Positions 1 through 10,357 of a DNA stretch of 64,000 bases are shown here, piece after piece. The notes below the pieces were generated by a model. It saw nothing but the letters and a program-made list of their open reading frames with translations. It was not told the origin of the DNA and made no database searches. The position numbers and the translations under genes are program-made. The stretch is from Actinomycetota bacterium (lineage in GTDB: Bacteria > Actinomycetota > Actinomycetes > S36-B12 > UBA10799): assembly GCA_020637055.1 (NCBI GenBank), contig JACJWR010000002.1:143802-207801 (forward strand), given 5' to 3'. Position 1 is the stretch's first letter, and each line of letters opens with the position of its first letter.

Positions 1-221
1 CGTATCACTCGTTGGAGGATCGAATCGTAAAGAGAACTTTCGCTTCGGCGACCCAAGCGAATGTGCCGCCGGATCTTCCGGTGATTCCGCGCGACGCGCG
101 GCCCTGCTTCCGGCTGCTCACCAGGGGTGCCGAGGTAGCGTCAGCGGCGGAAATCGCAGAGAACCCCCGGTCCGCCTCCGTTCGGTTGCGCGCCGTCGAA
201 AGAGTGAGGGAGAACCCGTGA
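1..221 (+). CDS. rsmH: 16S rRNA (cytosine1402-N4)-methyltransferase RsmH, C-terminal fragment (5' end outside the window)
   Basis: The open frame runs off the left edge. Its tail ...[31 protein letters not shown] resembles the conserved RsmH C-terminus (NPRxRSxxLR). It sits immediately upstream of ftsL/ftsI as in dcw clusters, and its TGA at 219-221 overlaps the next GTG at 218. Confidence 0.75.
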   Translation, partial: YHSLEDRIVKRTFASATQANVPPDLPVIPRDARPCFRLLTRGAEVASAAEIAENPRSASVRLRAVERVRENP

Positions 222-751
222 CCGCGTTGCCGCACGACTCGTCGCGGGCATTCGTGGCCGTTCCGACTCTGCGCCGCAACGTCCGTGTCCAACGCCGACC
301 CCGGCAAGGTTTCTGGACCCGGATCCTGGCGGCCAAGCCGATTTCCGGGATTGGCAATCGGACGTTCCTGCTCCTGGTGGCGGCGGCCTTGGCGGTCAGC
401 CTGGTCACCATGCTCGGTCTGAACACGATCATGGCCAAGGGCAGTTTTCAACGCTACGAATTGATGAACACCAAGTCCGAACTCGAGGTGCGCGAGCAGG
501 CTCTGGCCAACGAACTGGCCCTGCTCGACACACCGGCGGCGTTGGCTGAACGCGCCGACGCCATGGGCATGGTGGTCAATCCAAGTCCGGTCTTCATCGA
601 CCTGCGCAGCGGGGCATTGCTGGGCGAGCCGACCGCAGCCGCCGCCCCGGATCCGGCCCGCGACATCGGCGTGGATCGGGACGCTACGCCGACGACCGAT
701 GCCGGTGGCGAATCGCCAGTGGGCCTGGTACCGGTGGAGCCGGTCGGATGA
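218..751 (+). CDS. ftsL: Cell division protein FtsL-like (single-pass membrane, coiled-coil)
   Basis: 177 aa with a basic N-terminus, one TM segment ([19 protein letters not shown]) and a short coiled-coil ([16 protein letters not shown]). It lies between rsmH and ftsI, and its stop overlaps the ftsI ATG (ATGA at 748-751). Confidence 0.7.
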   Translation: MTALPHDSSRAFVAVPTLRRNVRVQRRPRQGFWTRILAAKPISGIGNRTFLLLVAAALAVSLVTMLGLNTIMAKGSFQRYELMNTKSELEVREQALANELALLDTPAALAERADAMGMVVNPSPVFIDLRSGALLGEPTAAAAPDPARDIGVDRDATPTTDAGGESPVGLVPVEPVG

Positions 752-2595
752 GTGCCACCCGCACTCCACCATCCGGGGCCACCCGCCGACCGCCGGGACG
801 CCCGAGTCGGACCGGCGGGCGCACGTGGTACCAGCGTTTCCGGGACGGTGACCTCACCTATCGACGAGGCAGCCCGGTCAAGCGCATGCGGATGATGTCC
901 CTGGTGCTGGTTTTCATCACCGTGCTGTCGCTGCTGCGACTGATCCAGGTGCAAATCATCGACACCGGGGCGTTGGCCCAACGTGCTGAGAGCGCCCGGC
1001 TGGCCACCACCCCGCTGATGGGCCAACGCGGCACCATCTACGACATCAACGGGATGCCGTTGGCGCAGTCGGTCGATGCCTACAATCTGGCCGTCGACCA
1101 GACCCTCGTGGAGGATCCGTCGGCGCTGGCGGCCGAACTCGCCCCGATTCTCGAGTCGCCGGAGCCAGAGATCGAGAAATCTCTCGTCGGTGATGCCAGG
1201 TTCGCCTACGTGCAGCGTTTCGTGACCCCCGAACAGGCTTCGGCTGTGCGTGATCTGGAGGAACCCGCGCTCGGTTTCGAACAGACGCTCCGCCGTGAGT
1301 ATCCGGGCGGTGATCTCGCGGCCAACGTGATTGGCTACGTGGGAGTCGACGGACATGGATTGGCCGGTGTGGAAATCTCCCAGGAGGACACCCTGGCCGG
1401 GGTGGACGGACTGCGCACGGTGGAAGTCGCGGACGGCAAGTTGATCCCGACCGCCACCGACGAACTCGTCTCCCCACAGCCGGGTGAGTCGTTACGGCTG
1501 ACGTTGGACCAGGACCTCCAATACCTGGCCCAGGATGCGATCAGCCGGCAGGTGGCGGCATCCCGCGCCGAAAGTGGCACCGTGATCGTGATGGAAGTCA
1601 AGACCGGCCGCATCCTGGCGATGGCCTCGGTGCCGACGGTGGACGCCAACGATCCGGCGGCAGGTAAGCCGGAGGATCTGCAGAACCGTGCGGTGGTGGA
1701 GGCCTTCGAGCCGGGCTCCACGTCGAAGATCATGACGATGGCGGCGGTGATCAATGAAGGCAAGGCGGACCCGCTGACGCACTTCACGGTCAAGGACAGC
1801 ATCGATCGGGGCACCCGGACGTTCCGCGACCACGATCCGCACCCGACGTACGAGATGACCCTCGCCGGAATCCTGGCCAAGTCCTCCAACACCGGATCCA
1901 TCGAAGCGGCGGAGTTGATCGGCGAGGAGAAGTTCTACGAATACCTGCGGCGCTTCGGGGTGGGAGACCCCACCGGGGCGGGTTTCCCCGGCGAGGCCAG
2001 CGGCTACGTCCCGCCCACGTCCGAGTGGACCGACTCCACGTTCCCCACCCTGGCGTTCGGCCAAGGCCTGTCGGTCTCCGCGCTGCAGATCACCTCGATC
2101 TTCCAGACCATCGCCAACGACGGTGTCCGGATTCAACCGCACATCGTCGAATCGACCATCGATCCCGACGGTGAGGAGACCCCGGCGGAACCCGCCGCCG
2201 CCACGAAGGTGGTGGAGCCCGAGACCGCCGAAGCGGTGCTGAAGATGATGGAAGGTGTGGTGAGCCCCGAGGGCACCGCCAACAACGCTGCGATCCCCGG
2301 TTACCGGGTGGGAGGCAAGACCGGCACGGCGAACCGAATCGACGACAGTTGCGGGTGTTACCGCGACTACACGGCGAGTTTCATCGGCGTGGCCCCGGCG
2401 GATGACCCCGAACTGGTCGCGGCAGTGATCGTGCAGGACCCCAAGGGCACCTACATGGGCTCGTCCAACGGGGCACCGGTGTTCAAGGAGGTCATGACCG
2501 CGGCGCTGATCTCGCTGGGTATCCCGCCGACGAACGACGACGAGCCCCTGCTGCCGATCTTCGTCGGCGAGCAACCCGGCAACCCGAGTTCCTGA
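748..2595 (+). CDS. ftsI: Penicillin-binding protein, division transpeptidase (FtsI/PBP3 class B)
   Basis: 615 aa with an N-terminal TM segment. The class B PBP motifs are present: SxxK (STSK), SxN (SSN) and KTG (KTGTA). dcw position. Confidence 0.92.
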   Translation: MSATRTPPSGATRRPPGRPSRTGGRTWYQRFRDGDLTYRRGSPVKRMRMMSLVLVFITVLSLLRLIQVQIIDTGALAQRAESARLATTPLMGQRGTIYDINGMPLAQSVDAYNLAVDQTLVEDPSALAAELAPILESPEPEIEKSLVGDARFAYVQRFVTPEQASAVRDLEEPALGFEQTLRREYPGGDLAANVIGYVGVDGHGLAGVEISQEDTLAGVDGLRTVEVADGKLIPTATDELVSPQPGESLRLTLDQDLQYLAQDAISRQVAASRAESGTVIVMEVKTGRILAMASVPTVDANDPAAGKPEDLQNRAVVEAFEPGSTSKIMTMAAVINEGKADPLTHFTVKDSIDRGTRTFRDHDPHPTYEMTLAGILAKSSNTGSIEAAELIGEEKFYEYLRRFGVGDPTGAGFPGEASGYVPPTSEWTDSTFPTLAFGQGLSVSALQITSIFQTIANDGVRIQPHIVESTIDPDGEETPAEPAAATKVVEPETAEAVLKMMEGVVSPEGTANNAAIPGYRVGGKTGTANRIDDSCGCYRDYTASFIGVAPADDPELVAAVIVQDPKGTYMGSSNGAPVFKEVMTAALISLGIPPTNDDEPLLPIFVGEQPGNPSS

Positions 2596-2599
2596 CGCC

Positions 2600-4087
2600 G
2601 TGGTCATCGCAGCTCCAAGGCCGACGCCGCGGCCGATCCGGTTGTCGGAACTCTTCCCGGACGTCGACTCCGAGGTCACCGTTACCGGCGTCGCCATGGA
2701 TTCCCGGACCGTGCAGCCGGGTGACCTCTACATCGCGGTCGGCGGCGCCAACGTCCATGGTGCTCGATTCGCGGCCGGCGTGGTTGCGGCCGGTGCGGTC
2801 GCGGTTCTCACCGATGCCGCCGGGGTCGGCATGCTCGAACAGCAGGCGACGGCGGGCCTACCGATCGTCGTGGTGGACGATCCCCGGGTGCAGGCCGGTC
2901 GTGTCGCCGCGCAGATCTACGGTCGGGCATCGGAATCCATGGTGGTCGTCGGAATCACCGGCACCAACGGCAAGACGACCATGAGCTACCTGGTGGAGTC
3001 GGTGCTGTCGGCCGCGGGCCACGTCACCGGGATGCTCGGCACCACCGGTCATCGAGTCGCCGGACGTCCGTTGCCCACCGAACGCACGACGCCGGAGGCT
3101 GTGGAGGTCCACGCCATCCTTGGACACATGCGTGAGGCCGGCGTCACTGCCGTGGTGATGGAAGTCTCCTCCCACGCCATGGTGTTCGGGCGGGTCAACG
3201 GAGTCGATTTCGACGTTGCCGTGTTCACCAACCTCACTCAGGACCACCTCGACTTCCACGGCACCATGGCCCACTACTTCGAAGCCAAAGCCGCACTGTT
3301 CGACCTTGCCGCCCAACGGGTCATCTGCGTCGACGACGAATGGGGCCGCCAACTCGCCGAACGCCACCCCACGGCCACGACCTACGGGGTGACCAATCCG
3401 ACTGCGCAATGGCGGGCCGTCGACCTCGAGTCACAAGGAGTGGGGAGCGCCTTCCGCGCGGTCGACCCGGCTGGCACCGAGGTGCCGTGCCAGGTGGCCC
3501 TTCCCGGCATGTTCAACGTCGCCAACGCCGTCGGAGCCCTGGCGACCGGCACGCAACTAGGAGTTCCGACCGAGGTCGCCGTGGCTGGTGTGGCGGCGTG
3601 CCGAGGCGTCCCGGGCCGCATGCAATCGGTGCCGAATTCCCGGGGGATTCGCGCGTTCGTCGACTATGCCCACACTCCCGATGCGGTCGAGCGCGCGATT
3701 GCGGCCACCGACGGTCGGGTTGTCGCCGTGCTCGGCTGCGGTGGGGATCGGGACGCAGCCAAGCGTCCACTCATGGGCGAGGCTGCCGCGCGGCTGGCCG
3801 ACGTGGTGATCGTCACCGACGACAACCCACGATCCGAAGACCCGGCCGCGATTCGCGCCGCCATGATGGAAGGGATCCGATCGGTCCCACCGGAGGTGCG
3901 AGCCGAGGTACTCGAGATCGGTGATCGTCGGGCCGCCATTCGTGCTGCGGTGGCAGCCGCGGGACCCGGGGATGCGGTGGTGGTGCTCGGAAAGGGGCAC
4001 GAACAAGGCCAACAAGTAGGCTCCGAGACGCACCATTTCGACGATGTGGAAGAACTCTGCGCCGCGTTGGAGGTTGTCCGGCAATGA
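2600..4087 (+). CDS. murE: UDP-N-acetylmuramoyl-L-alanyl-D-glutamate--2,6-diaminopimelate ligase
   Basis: Mur ligase P-loop GITGTNGKTT and the DAP-specifying DNPR motif (TDDNPRSEDP). The order ftsI-murE-murF is conserved. Confidence 0.93.
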   Translation: MVIAAPRPTPRPIRLSELFPDVDSEVTVTGVAMDSRTVQPGDLYIAVGGANVHGARFAAGVVAAGAVAVLTDAAGVGMLEQQATAGLPIVVVDDPRVQAGRVAAQIYGRASESMVVVGITGTNGKTTMSYLVESVLSAAGHVTGMLGTTGHRVAGRPLPTERTTPEAVEVHAILGHMREAGVTAVVMEVSSHAMVFGRVNGVDFDVAVFTNLTQDHLDFHGTMAHYFEAKAALFDLAAQRVICVDDEWGRQLAERHPTATTYGVTNPTAQWRAVDLESQGVGSAFRAVDPAGTEVPCQVALPGMFNVANAVGALATGTQLGVPTEVAVAGVAACRGVPGRMQSVPNSRGIRAFVDYAHTPDAVERAIAATDGRVVAVLGCGGDRDAAKRPLMGEAAARLADVVIVTDDNPRSEDPAAIRAAMMEGIRSVPPEVRAEVLEIGDRRAAIRAAVAAAGPGDAVVVLGKGHEQGQQVGSETHHFDDVEELCAALEVVRQ

Positions 4088-5493
4088 TCACGTTGACGCT
4101 CAGGGACGTCCAGGAGGCGATGTCGGCAACCCTCGACGCGGAGACCGCAGGGGGTATCGACCTCGACGACGTCACGATCACGGGCGTGGCCATCGATTCC
4201 CGCAAAGTGGAGCGCGGGGATCTGTTCGTTGCTCTGGTGGGCGAACGAAGCGACGGGCACGATCATGCCGCACAAGCCCTCGACGCCGGTGCCGCAGCGG
4301 TGCTGGCCCAGCGGCCGGTGGGCGCCGGTCCATGTCTGCTGGTGTCGGACCCGGTGGCCGCACTCGGCCATCTCGCGACGGCGGTGCTCGCGCGCCTGCC
4401 GCAACTGATCACGATCGGAATCACCGGTTCGTCCGGCAAGACCTCAACCAAGGACATGCTGGGACAGGTGCTGGCGCACCATGCGCCGACTGTGTGGCCG
4501 CAAGGCTCCTTCAACAACGAACTCGGTCTGCCGCTGACAGTCTTCGAGTGCAACGAACACACGCGGTTCCTGGTGTTGGAGATGGGAGCGCGCGGCAAGG
4601 GGCACATCGCGTATCTGTGCAGCATCGCCCAGCCGGACGTTGGACTGGTGCTCAATGTCGGCTCGGCCCACGTCGGGGAGTTCGGCGGCCAACTCGCGAT
4701 CGCTGAAGCCAAGTCCGAGTTGGTGGCCGGTGTGGCCCCAGAGGGTCTGGCCGTGCTCAACGCCGACGATCCGCTGGTGAGCGCCATGGCGGCCAAGACG
4801 GATGCCAGGATCAGCCGCTTCGGTGAAGCCCCCTCGGCTGAGGTGGGATTCGGCGACGTCACCCTGGACGAACTCGCCCGCCCGAGCTTCCGGCTGAGCT
4901 ACGAAGGTGAGTCCGCCGACGTCTCGCTACAGGTCTCGGGCGAACACATGGCCGCCAATGCGGCTGCGGCCGCAGCCGTCGCGCTCGGAGTCGGGATGTC
5001 GCTACCCGCCGTCGCCGATGCGCTGACGGCCGCTCGCCCGCAGAGCCGCTGGCGAATGGAGATCGCGACCACCTCCACCGGGGTGACCGTGGTCAACGAC
5101 GCCTACAACGCCAATCCGGAGTCCGTGCGCGCCGCACTGAAGGCCCTCGTCGCGATGGGACGAGCGCGTGGTGGGCGAACCTGGGCCGTGCTCGGCGAAA
5201 TGCTCGAACTCGGCGAGGAATCGCTTACCGCCCACGACGAGATCGGCCGCTTGGCCGTCCGGCTCGACATCAACCGACTCGTGGTCATCGGTGAGGGCGC
5301 TCGGCCGATGCACCTCGGCGCCGCCCAGGAGGGCTCCTGGGGCGATGAGACTGTCTGGGTGCCCGACGTCGACCAGGCCCTCGATCTGCTGAGGCGGGAG
5401 TTGGCACCGGGCGACATCGTGCTGGTCAAGGCCTCTCGGGCGGCCGGACTGGAGCGGGTCGCGGAGACGCTGCTCGCGGAGGGTGGCGAATGA
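4084..5493 (+). CDS. murF: UDP-N-acetylmuramoyl-tripeptide--D-alanyl-D-alanine ligase
   Basis: P-loop GITGSSGKTSTK and Mur ligase C-terminal domain similarity. Its start overlaps the murE stop (ATGA). Confidence 0.92.
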   Translation: MITLTLRDVQEAMSATLDAETAGGIDLDDVTITGVAIDSRKVERGDLFVALVGERSDGHDHAAQALDAGAAAVLAQRPVGAGPCLLVSDPVAALGHLATAVLARLPQLITIGITGSSGKTSTKDMLGQVLAHHAPTVWPQGSFNNELGLPLTVFECNEHTRFLVLEMGARGKGHIAYLCSIAQPDVGLVLNVGSAHVGEFGGQLAIAEAKSELVAGVAPEGLAVLNADDPLVSAMAAKTDARISRFGEAPSAEVGFGDVTLDELARPSFRLSYEGESADVSLQVSGEHMAANAAAAAAVALGVGMSLPAVADALTAARPQSRWRMEIATTSTGVTVVNDAYNANPESVRAALKALVAMGRARGGRTWAVLGEMLELGEESLTAHDEIGRLAVRLDINRLVVIGEGARPMHLGAAQEGSWGDETVWVPDVDQALDLLRRELAPGDIVLVKASRAAGLERVAETLLAEGGE

Positions 5494-6557
5494 TTCAGGT
5501 CGTTCTGGCAGCCGCAGTTGCCCTCGGCGTCAGTCTGTTGGGAACGCCGCTGCTGATCAGCGTGCTGCGACGGCATCGGCTGGCGCAGGCGATCCGGGTG
5601 TCCAAGGACGGCATCCAGTACCCGGAACACGAGGGCAAGAAGGGCACCCCCAGCATGGGCGGCCTCGCGGTCATCATCGCGGTTCTGCTGGGCTATGCGG
5701 TGGCGCACCTGGCGGTGTGGCGCCCGCCCACCGTCAGCGGCCTGCTCGCGCTGTACCTGACAGTCGGCCTCGGGCTGGTCGGCATGGTGGACGACTACCT
5801 GAAGATCTTCAAACAGCGCAGCACCGGCGTGCGGGCGCGGACCAAACTCGGCGGCCAAGCGTTCATCGCGATCACCTTTGCGATCATGGCGCTGTCCTTC
5901 CCAGACGAGTTCGGTCGAACGCCGGCGTCGCAGGCGATCTCGTTCGTGCGCGACACACCCATTGTGCTTCCGATCGCGCTGGCGGTGCTGTGGATCTGGC
6001 TGCTGATCACCGCCACCACGAACGCGGTCAATCTGACCGACGGTCTGGATGGCCTGGCCGCAGGGGCGGCGGTGGCGACGTTCGCCGCGTTCGCGCTGCT
6101 CGGGGTGTGGCAATACGGGCAGAACTGTGCGTTCACCCGATTCGAGCGCTGCTACGAGGTGCGAGATCCGCTGGATCTGGCGGTGTTCGCGGCGGCGTGT
6201 GCCGGAGCCTGCGTCGGCTTCCTCTGGTGGAACACCTCACCGGCACAGATCTTCATGGGCGATACCGGATCGTTGGCCATCGGCGGTGCGATCGCGGCGT
6301 TGGCGATCTTCAGCCAGACCGAACTGCTGCTCGTCCTGCTGGGCGGGCTCTTCCTGCTCACCACGGTCTCGGTGATCCTGCAGGTGGCATCGTTCAAGTT
6401 GACCGGAAAACGCGTGTTCCGGATGGCGCCCCTGCATCATCATTTCGAACTCAAAGGTTGGGGCGAGGTGACGATCGTGACCCGCTTCTGGATCCTGCAG
6501 GGTCTCTTCGTTGGACTCGGCCTCTCACTCTTCTACGCGGAATGGGTGCGCACATGA
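5490..6557 (+). CDS. mraY: Phospho-N-acetylmuramoyl-pentapeptide transferase
   Basis: Polytopic membrane protein with the MraY motifs NAVNLTDGLDGLA, MGDTGSLAIGG and APLHHHFE. Confidence 0.95.
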   Translation: MIQVVLAAAVALGVSLLGTPLLISVLRRHRLAQAIRVSKDGIQYPEHEGKKGTPSMGGLAVIIAVLLGYAVAHLAVWRPPTVSGLLALYLTVGLGLVGMVDDYLKIFKQRSTGVRARTKLGGQAFIAITFAIMALSFPDEFGRTPASQAISFVRDTPIVLPIALAVLWIWLLITATTNAVNLTDGLDGLAAGAAVATFAAFALLGVWQYGQNCAFTRFERCYEVRDPLDLAVFAAACAGACVGFLWWNTSPAQIFMGDTGSLAIGGAIAALAIFSQTELLLVLLGGLFLLTTVSVILQVASFKLTGKRVFRMAPLHHHFELKGWGEVTIVTRFWILQGLFVGLGLSLFYAEWVRT

Positions 6558-7993
6558 GCTCCACGGATGGCCCCGGCTACGGTCTCGACGTGGCGCCGGA
6601 ATCCCTCCACATGATCGTCACCGGTCTGGGCGTGGCCGGCTACTCGGCCGCAGCCGCCCTGCTGGGACGCGGGGGGAGGGTCACCGTCATCGACAGCTAC
6701 GACACCCCCGAAATGGCGGAGAAGGCGCAGATCCTCGAGGTACTCGGGGCCGACGTCCGGCTTGCTGCGGGCGACGAACTCCCCGAAGGTGACGTCCTCG
6801 TGGTGTCGACCGGTATCCCACTGACCTCACCGTGGATCGCGGGGGCGCGTGCCCGAGGCATCCCCATCTGGGGCGAGTTCGAGTTGGCCTGGCGATTGCG
6901 GCCGCCCGCCGGGGCCGCGCCCTGGCTCTACGTGACGGGCACCAACGGCAAGACGACGACCACGATCATGGCTGCGTCGATGCTGGCCGCGGCCGGGCTG
7001 CGCACCGCGGCGGTCGGCAACATCGGCGTGAGCCTGATCGATGCCGTGATCGATCCCGACCCTTACGACGTGCTGGTCGTCGAGGTGGGGGCACCTCATC
7101 TGCCCTTCGTCTACTCGGTCTCACCGCTCGCTTCGGTGTGCTTGAACGTCGCGCCTGACCACGTGGACTATTTCGGGCGCTACGAGGACTACGTCGCGAC
7201 CAAGGGAACCGCCTACCAGCGCACTCGTGTCGCCTGTGTCTACAACACCGACGATCCGGTCACCGAGCAGATGGTCCGAGACGCCGAGGTCGAACCGGGC
7301 TGTCGGGCGATCGGCGTGACGCTGGGCATTCCCGCCCCGAGCCAACTCGGCGTGGTGGACGACCTACTGGTGGATAGAGCCTTCGTCGCCGAGCGCGCCA
7401 CCTCGGCGCAGGAACTCGCCTCGCTGTCCGACGTGGTGCCCAGCGCGCCGCACCAGGTCCAGAATGCACTCGCCGCCGCAGCACTCGTGCGCGCCTTCGG
7501 AGTGCCAGCCGGCGCGGTGCGGCGGGGGCTGCAGACGTTCGTACCGGCGTTGCACCGGATCGCCGAGGTGGCGACCGTCGAGGGGGTCCGGTACGTGGAC
7601 GATTCCAAGGCCACCAACTGGCATGCGGCGCTTACCTCACTGCGGGCGTTCGACTCGGTGGTGTGGATTGCCGGTGGGCAGGCCAAGGGTCAGGATTTCG
7701 ACGAGTTGGTGCAAGCCACAGGCTCCAGGATGAGAGCCGTCGTCCTGCTCGGCCTCGACCGCGAGGTGATCCGTGAGTCACTTGCCCGACACGCGCCAGA
7801 TGTGCCGGTGGTTGAGGTGACCACCACCGACACTGGTGCGATGACAGCGGTGGTGCGGGCGGCAGCTGAGCTCGCGCAGCCGGGGGACACCGTGCTGTTG
7901 GCGCCGGGCTGTGCCTCGCGCGACATGTACGTCGACTATGCCGAACGCGGGGACGCCTTCGCCGCCGCAGTGCGGGCGCTGGAAGGGGAGTGA
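6554..7993 (+). CDS. murD: UDP-N-acetylmuramoylalanine--D-glutamate ligase
   Basis: The ATG at 6554 overlaps the mraY TGA. It has a Rossmann-like N-terminus (VTGLGVAGYSAA) and P-loop VTGTNGKTTT. The longer 5483..7993 ORF is out-of-frame read-through across mraY. Confidence 0.92.
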   Translation: MSSTDGPGYGLDVAPESLHMIVTGLGVAGYSAAAALLGRGGRVTVIDSYDTPEMAEKAQILEVLGADVRLAAGDELPEGDVLVVSTGIPLTSPWIAGARARGIPIWGEFELAWRLRPPAGAAPWLYVTGTNGKTTTTIMAASMLAAAGLRTAAVGNIGVSLIDAVIDPDPYDVLVVEVGAPHLPFVYSVSPLASVCLNVAPDHVDYFGRYEDYVATKGTAYQRTRVACVYNTDDPVTEQMVRDAEVEPGCRAIGVTLGIPAPSQLGVVDDLLVDRAFVAERATSAQELASLSDVVPSAPHQVQNALAAAALVRAFGVPAGAVRRGLQTFVPALHRIAEVATVEGVRYVDDSKATNWHAALTSLRAFDSVVWIAGGQAKGQDFDELVQATGSRMRAVVLLGLDREVIRESLARHAPDVPVVEVTTTDTGAMTAVVRAAAELAQPGDTVLLAPGCASRDMYVDYAERGDAFAAAVRALEGE

Positions 7994-7997
7994 GGCT

Positions 7998-9281
7998 GTG
8001 TCGTCAGCTGCTACCTCCCGATTGCGCCGACGGTCCCGGGAGGGCTCCGACACCGATCGCAAACTCGCCTTCCTCGATCATCCGCTCGCCGACTACACGC
8101 TGCTGCTGATCTTCACCCTCGCACTGTTGGGTATCGGCTTGGTGATGGTGTTCAGCGCCTCATCGGTGGAGTCGATCGCAGGCAGCGGCTCGATCTTCAG
8201 TCAGTTCCAGAAGCAGTTCTTCGCTGCCCTGATCGGGGTTCCGGCCATGCTGTGGCTCTCCCGGCGCCCGCTGCACTTCTTCGTCCGGGCAGCCCCGATC
8301 CTGATGATCGTCGCCCTGGTCCTGCTGGTGTTGGTCTTGATCCCTGGGATCGGAGTCAACATCGGCGGCCAGCAGAACTGGATTCGGATGCCCGGCGGGT
8401 TCAACCTGCAGCCCAGCGAGATCGGCAAGCTGGCCCTGGCGCTGTGGGGGGCGCGCCTGCTCAGTATGCGTTCCGGGTCGTGGGACAACTGGCGTGCCGT
8501 GACGTTGCCCTTCCTCCCGATGGCGGCTCTGGTCGTAGTGCTCGTGCTGCTCGAAGGTGATGTGGGCACCGCATTGGTGTTCATGCCCATGATCGCCGTC
8601 ATGCTTCTCATCGTCGGGATCCCGTTGCGGTTCTTCGTGGCGACCGGAAGTGTGCTGCTGCTGTTGATCGCCTACATGTCCTTGACCGAGGGCTACCGGA
8701 TGCAGCGGTTCGCCACCTGGTTGAACCCGGAAGCCGACCCCACGGGTGCCGGTTGGCAGGTGATCCACGGTCGCATGGCCCTGGCCACCGGCGGATGGTG
8801 GGGGGTCGGGCTCGGCGCCAGCCGAGAGAAGTGGGGCAGCCTGCCGGAGGCCCACAACGACTTCATCTTCGCCATCATCGGGGAGGAACTCGGCCTGATC
8901 GGAACCATCCTGGTGATGGCCCTCTTCCTCTTCGTCGGGCTGGTGGGCATCAGGATCGCCCGCCGCACGCATTCGTTGTTCGTCCGGTTGGCGACGGTGG
9001 CGATCGTGGCGTGGATCGTCACGCAATCAGTGATCAACATCGGGGCGGTGATCGGCACCATGCCGGTGACCGGGGTCCCGCTGCCCCTGGTGTCGTATGG
9101 CGGAACTTCGCTGGTGCTTACGCTGTGTGCCATGGGAGTGCTATTGGCCTTCGCGCGCCAGGAACCGGCCGCGGCCGCCACGATCCGGGCCCGGGCGCTG
9201 CAGCGGCGCCGGATGAAGCGGGTGTCGCAGGTACGGCGGGCTGGCCACGGCGCAGATCGAACAGCGACGACGGCGCAGTAG
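7998..9281 (+). CDS. ftsW: SEDS-family peptidoglycan glycosyltransferase FtsW
   Basis: Ten-TM SEDS protein (…GGQQNWIRMPGGFNLQPSEIGKLAL…, …GVPLPLVSYGGTS…). I place the start at the in-frame GTG 7998 just after the murD stop; the ORF-track ATG at 7911 would overlap murD. Confidence 0.88.
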   Translation: MSSAATSRLRRRSREGSDTDRKLAFLDHPLADYTLLLIFTLALLGIGLVMVFSASSVESIAGSGSIFSQFQKQFFAALIGVPAMLWLSRRPLHFFVRAAPILMIVALVLLVLVLIPGIGVNIGGQQNWIRMPGGFNLQPSEIGKLALALWGARLLSMRSGSWDNWRAVTLPFLPMAALVVVLVLLEGDVGTALVFMPMIAVMLLIVGIPLRFFVATGSVLLLLIAYMSLTEGYRMQRFATWLNPEADPTGAGWQVIHGRMALATGGWWGVGLGASREKWGSLPEAHNDFIFAIIGEELGLIGTILVMALFLFVGLVGIRIARRTHSLFVRLATVAIVAWIVTQSVINIGAVIGTMPVTGVPLPLVSYGGTSLVLTLCAMGVLLAFARQEPAAAATIRARALQRRRMKRVSQVRRAGHGADRTATTAQ

Positions 9282-9283
9282 GC

Positions 9284-10357
9284 ATGCACGTTGTTGTGGC
9301 CGGTGGCGGCACGGCGGGGCACATCGAACCCGCCCTCAATCTTGCCGATGCCTTGGTGGCGTCGGATTCATCGATAACCGTGTCGGCCCTCGGCACGGCC
9401 AAAGGTCTCGAGACCACTTTGGTGCCAGCCCGTGGCTACGAACTCGACATCGTCGAACCGATCCCCATGCCGCGTGCGGTCAACGGACAATTGGTCACCC
9501 TGCCGGGCCGGGTGCGAACCTCGGTGCGCGGCACTCGTGAGGTGTTGGATCGCCGAGGTGCCGACGTAGTGGTGGGATTCGGCGGCTATGTGGCGCTCTC
9601 GGCGTATCTCGCAGCGCGCAAGCGGCTTCCGATCGTGGTGCACGAGGCGAACGCCAAGGCCGGCCTCGCGAATCGCATCGGGGCGCGATTCACGCCGTAT
9701 GTGGCGGAGACGGCGCCCGGATCCCTACCCGGGGCGACACTGGTCGGGCTGCCGCTGAGACCTGTGATCGCGGGACTCAACAGGGCCGAGCACCGGGCCG
9801 AAGGACGTGAGTTCTTCGGCCTGCCGCATGATCAGCCGGTACTCCTGGTATTCGGTGGATCGCAGGGGGCCCGTCGGCTGAACAGCACGGTTGTTGCGGC
9901 GGCTCGCCAGTTGTCGGACGCCGGGATCGCGGTGCTCCACGCGGTCGGCGGTAAGAATGCCGATCAACGCCCAGACGCCCCCATTCCGCCTGGTTTCGTC
10001 ACCGTGGACTACGTCGACCGGATGGATCTCGCCTACGCTGCGGCCGACCTGGCAGTCTGCCGCGCCGGTGCCATGACGGTGGCCGAACTCTCCGCGGTGG
10101 GCTTGCCGGCGGTGTACGTTCCGTTGCCGGTCGGGAACGGCGAGCAGCGCCGCAACGCCCAGCCGGTGATCGAGGCGGGCGGTGGTCTGGAGATCGCCGA
10201 CGACGAACTCACCGTGGACTCGCTCCTGGCGACAGTCGTTCCCATCGTCACCGACTCTGACGCGTTGTCGACGATGTCGCGCGCGGCCGCCAGCCGAGGC
10301 ACCCGCGGTGCCACCGAGAAACTTGTCGACATGACAATCCGCGCAGCAGGAGGATGA
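9284..10357 (+). CDS. murG: UDP-N-acetylglucosamine--N-acetylmuramyl-(pentapeptide) pyrophosphoryl-undecaprenol GlcNAc transferase
   Basis: MHVVVAGGGTAGHIEPAL (G-loop) N-terminus and a GT28 C-terminal domain. The ATG at 9284 lies 3 nt after the ftsW TAG. The upstream part of ORF 8753..10357 overlaps ftsW out of frame. Confidence 0.92.
   Translation: MHVVVAGGGTAGHIEPALNLADALVASDSSITVSALGTAKGLETTLVPARGYELDIVEPIPMPRAVNGQLVTLPGRVRTSVRGTREVLDRRGADVVVGFGGYVALSAYLAARKRLPIVVHEANAKAGLANRIGARFTPYVAETAPGSLPGATLVGLPLRPVIAGLNRAEHRAEGREFFGLPHDQPVLLVFGGSQGARRLNSTVVAAARQLSDAGIAVLHAVGGKNADQRPDAPIPPGFVTVDYVDRMDLAYAAADLAVCRAGAMTVAELSAVGLPAVYVPLPVGNGEQRRNAQPVIEAGGGLEIADDELTVDSLLATVVPIVTDSDALSTMSRAAASRGTRGATEKLVDMTIRAAGG

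Noticed and set aside
5483-7993. 836-aa ORF suggesting an MraY-MurD-sized fusion protein
   Set aside because: The first ~357 codons are an alternative frame across mraY with no similarity to anything. MurD similarity begins exactly at the ATG at 6554, which overlaps the mraY stop.
8753-9283. Long N-terminal extension of murG (ORF 8753..10357, 534 aa)
   Set aside because: The extension overlaps ftsW in another frame and is Arg/Gly/Pro-rich. MurG similarity starts at MHVVVAGGGTAGH (ATG 9284).
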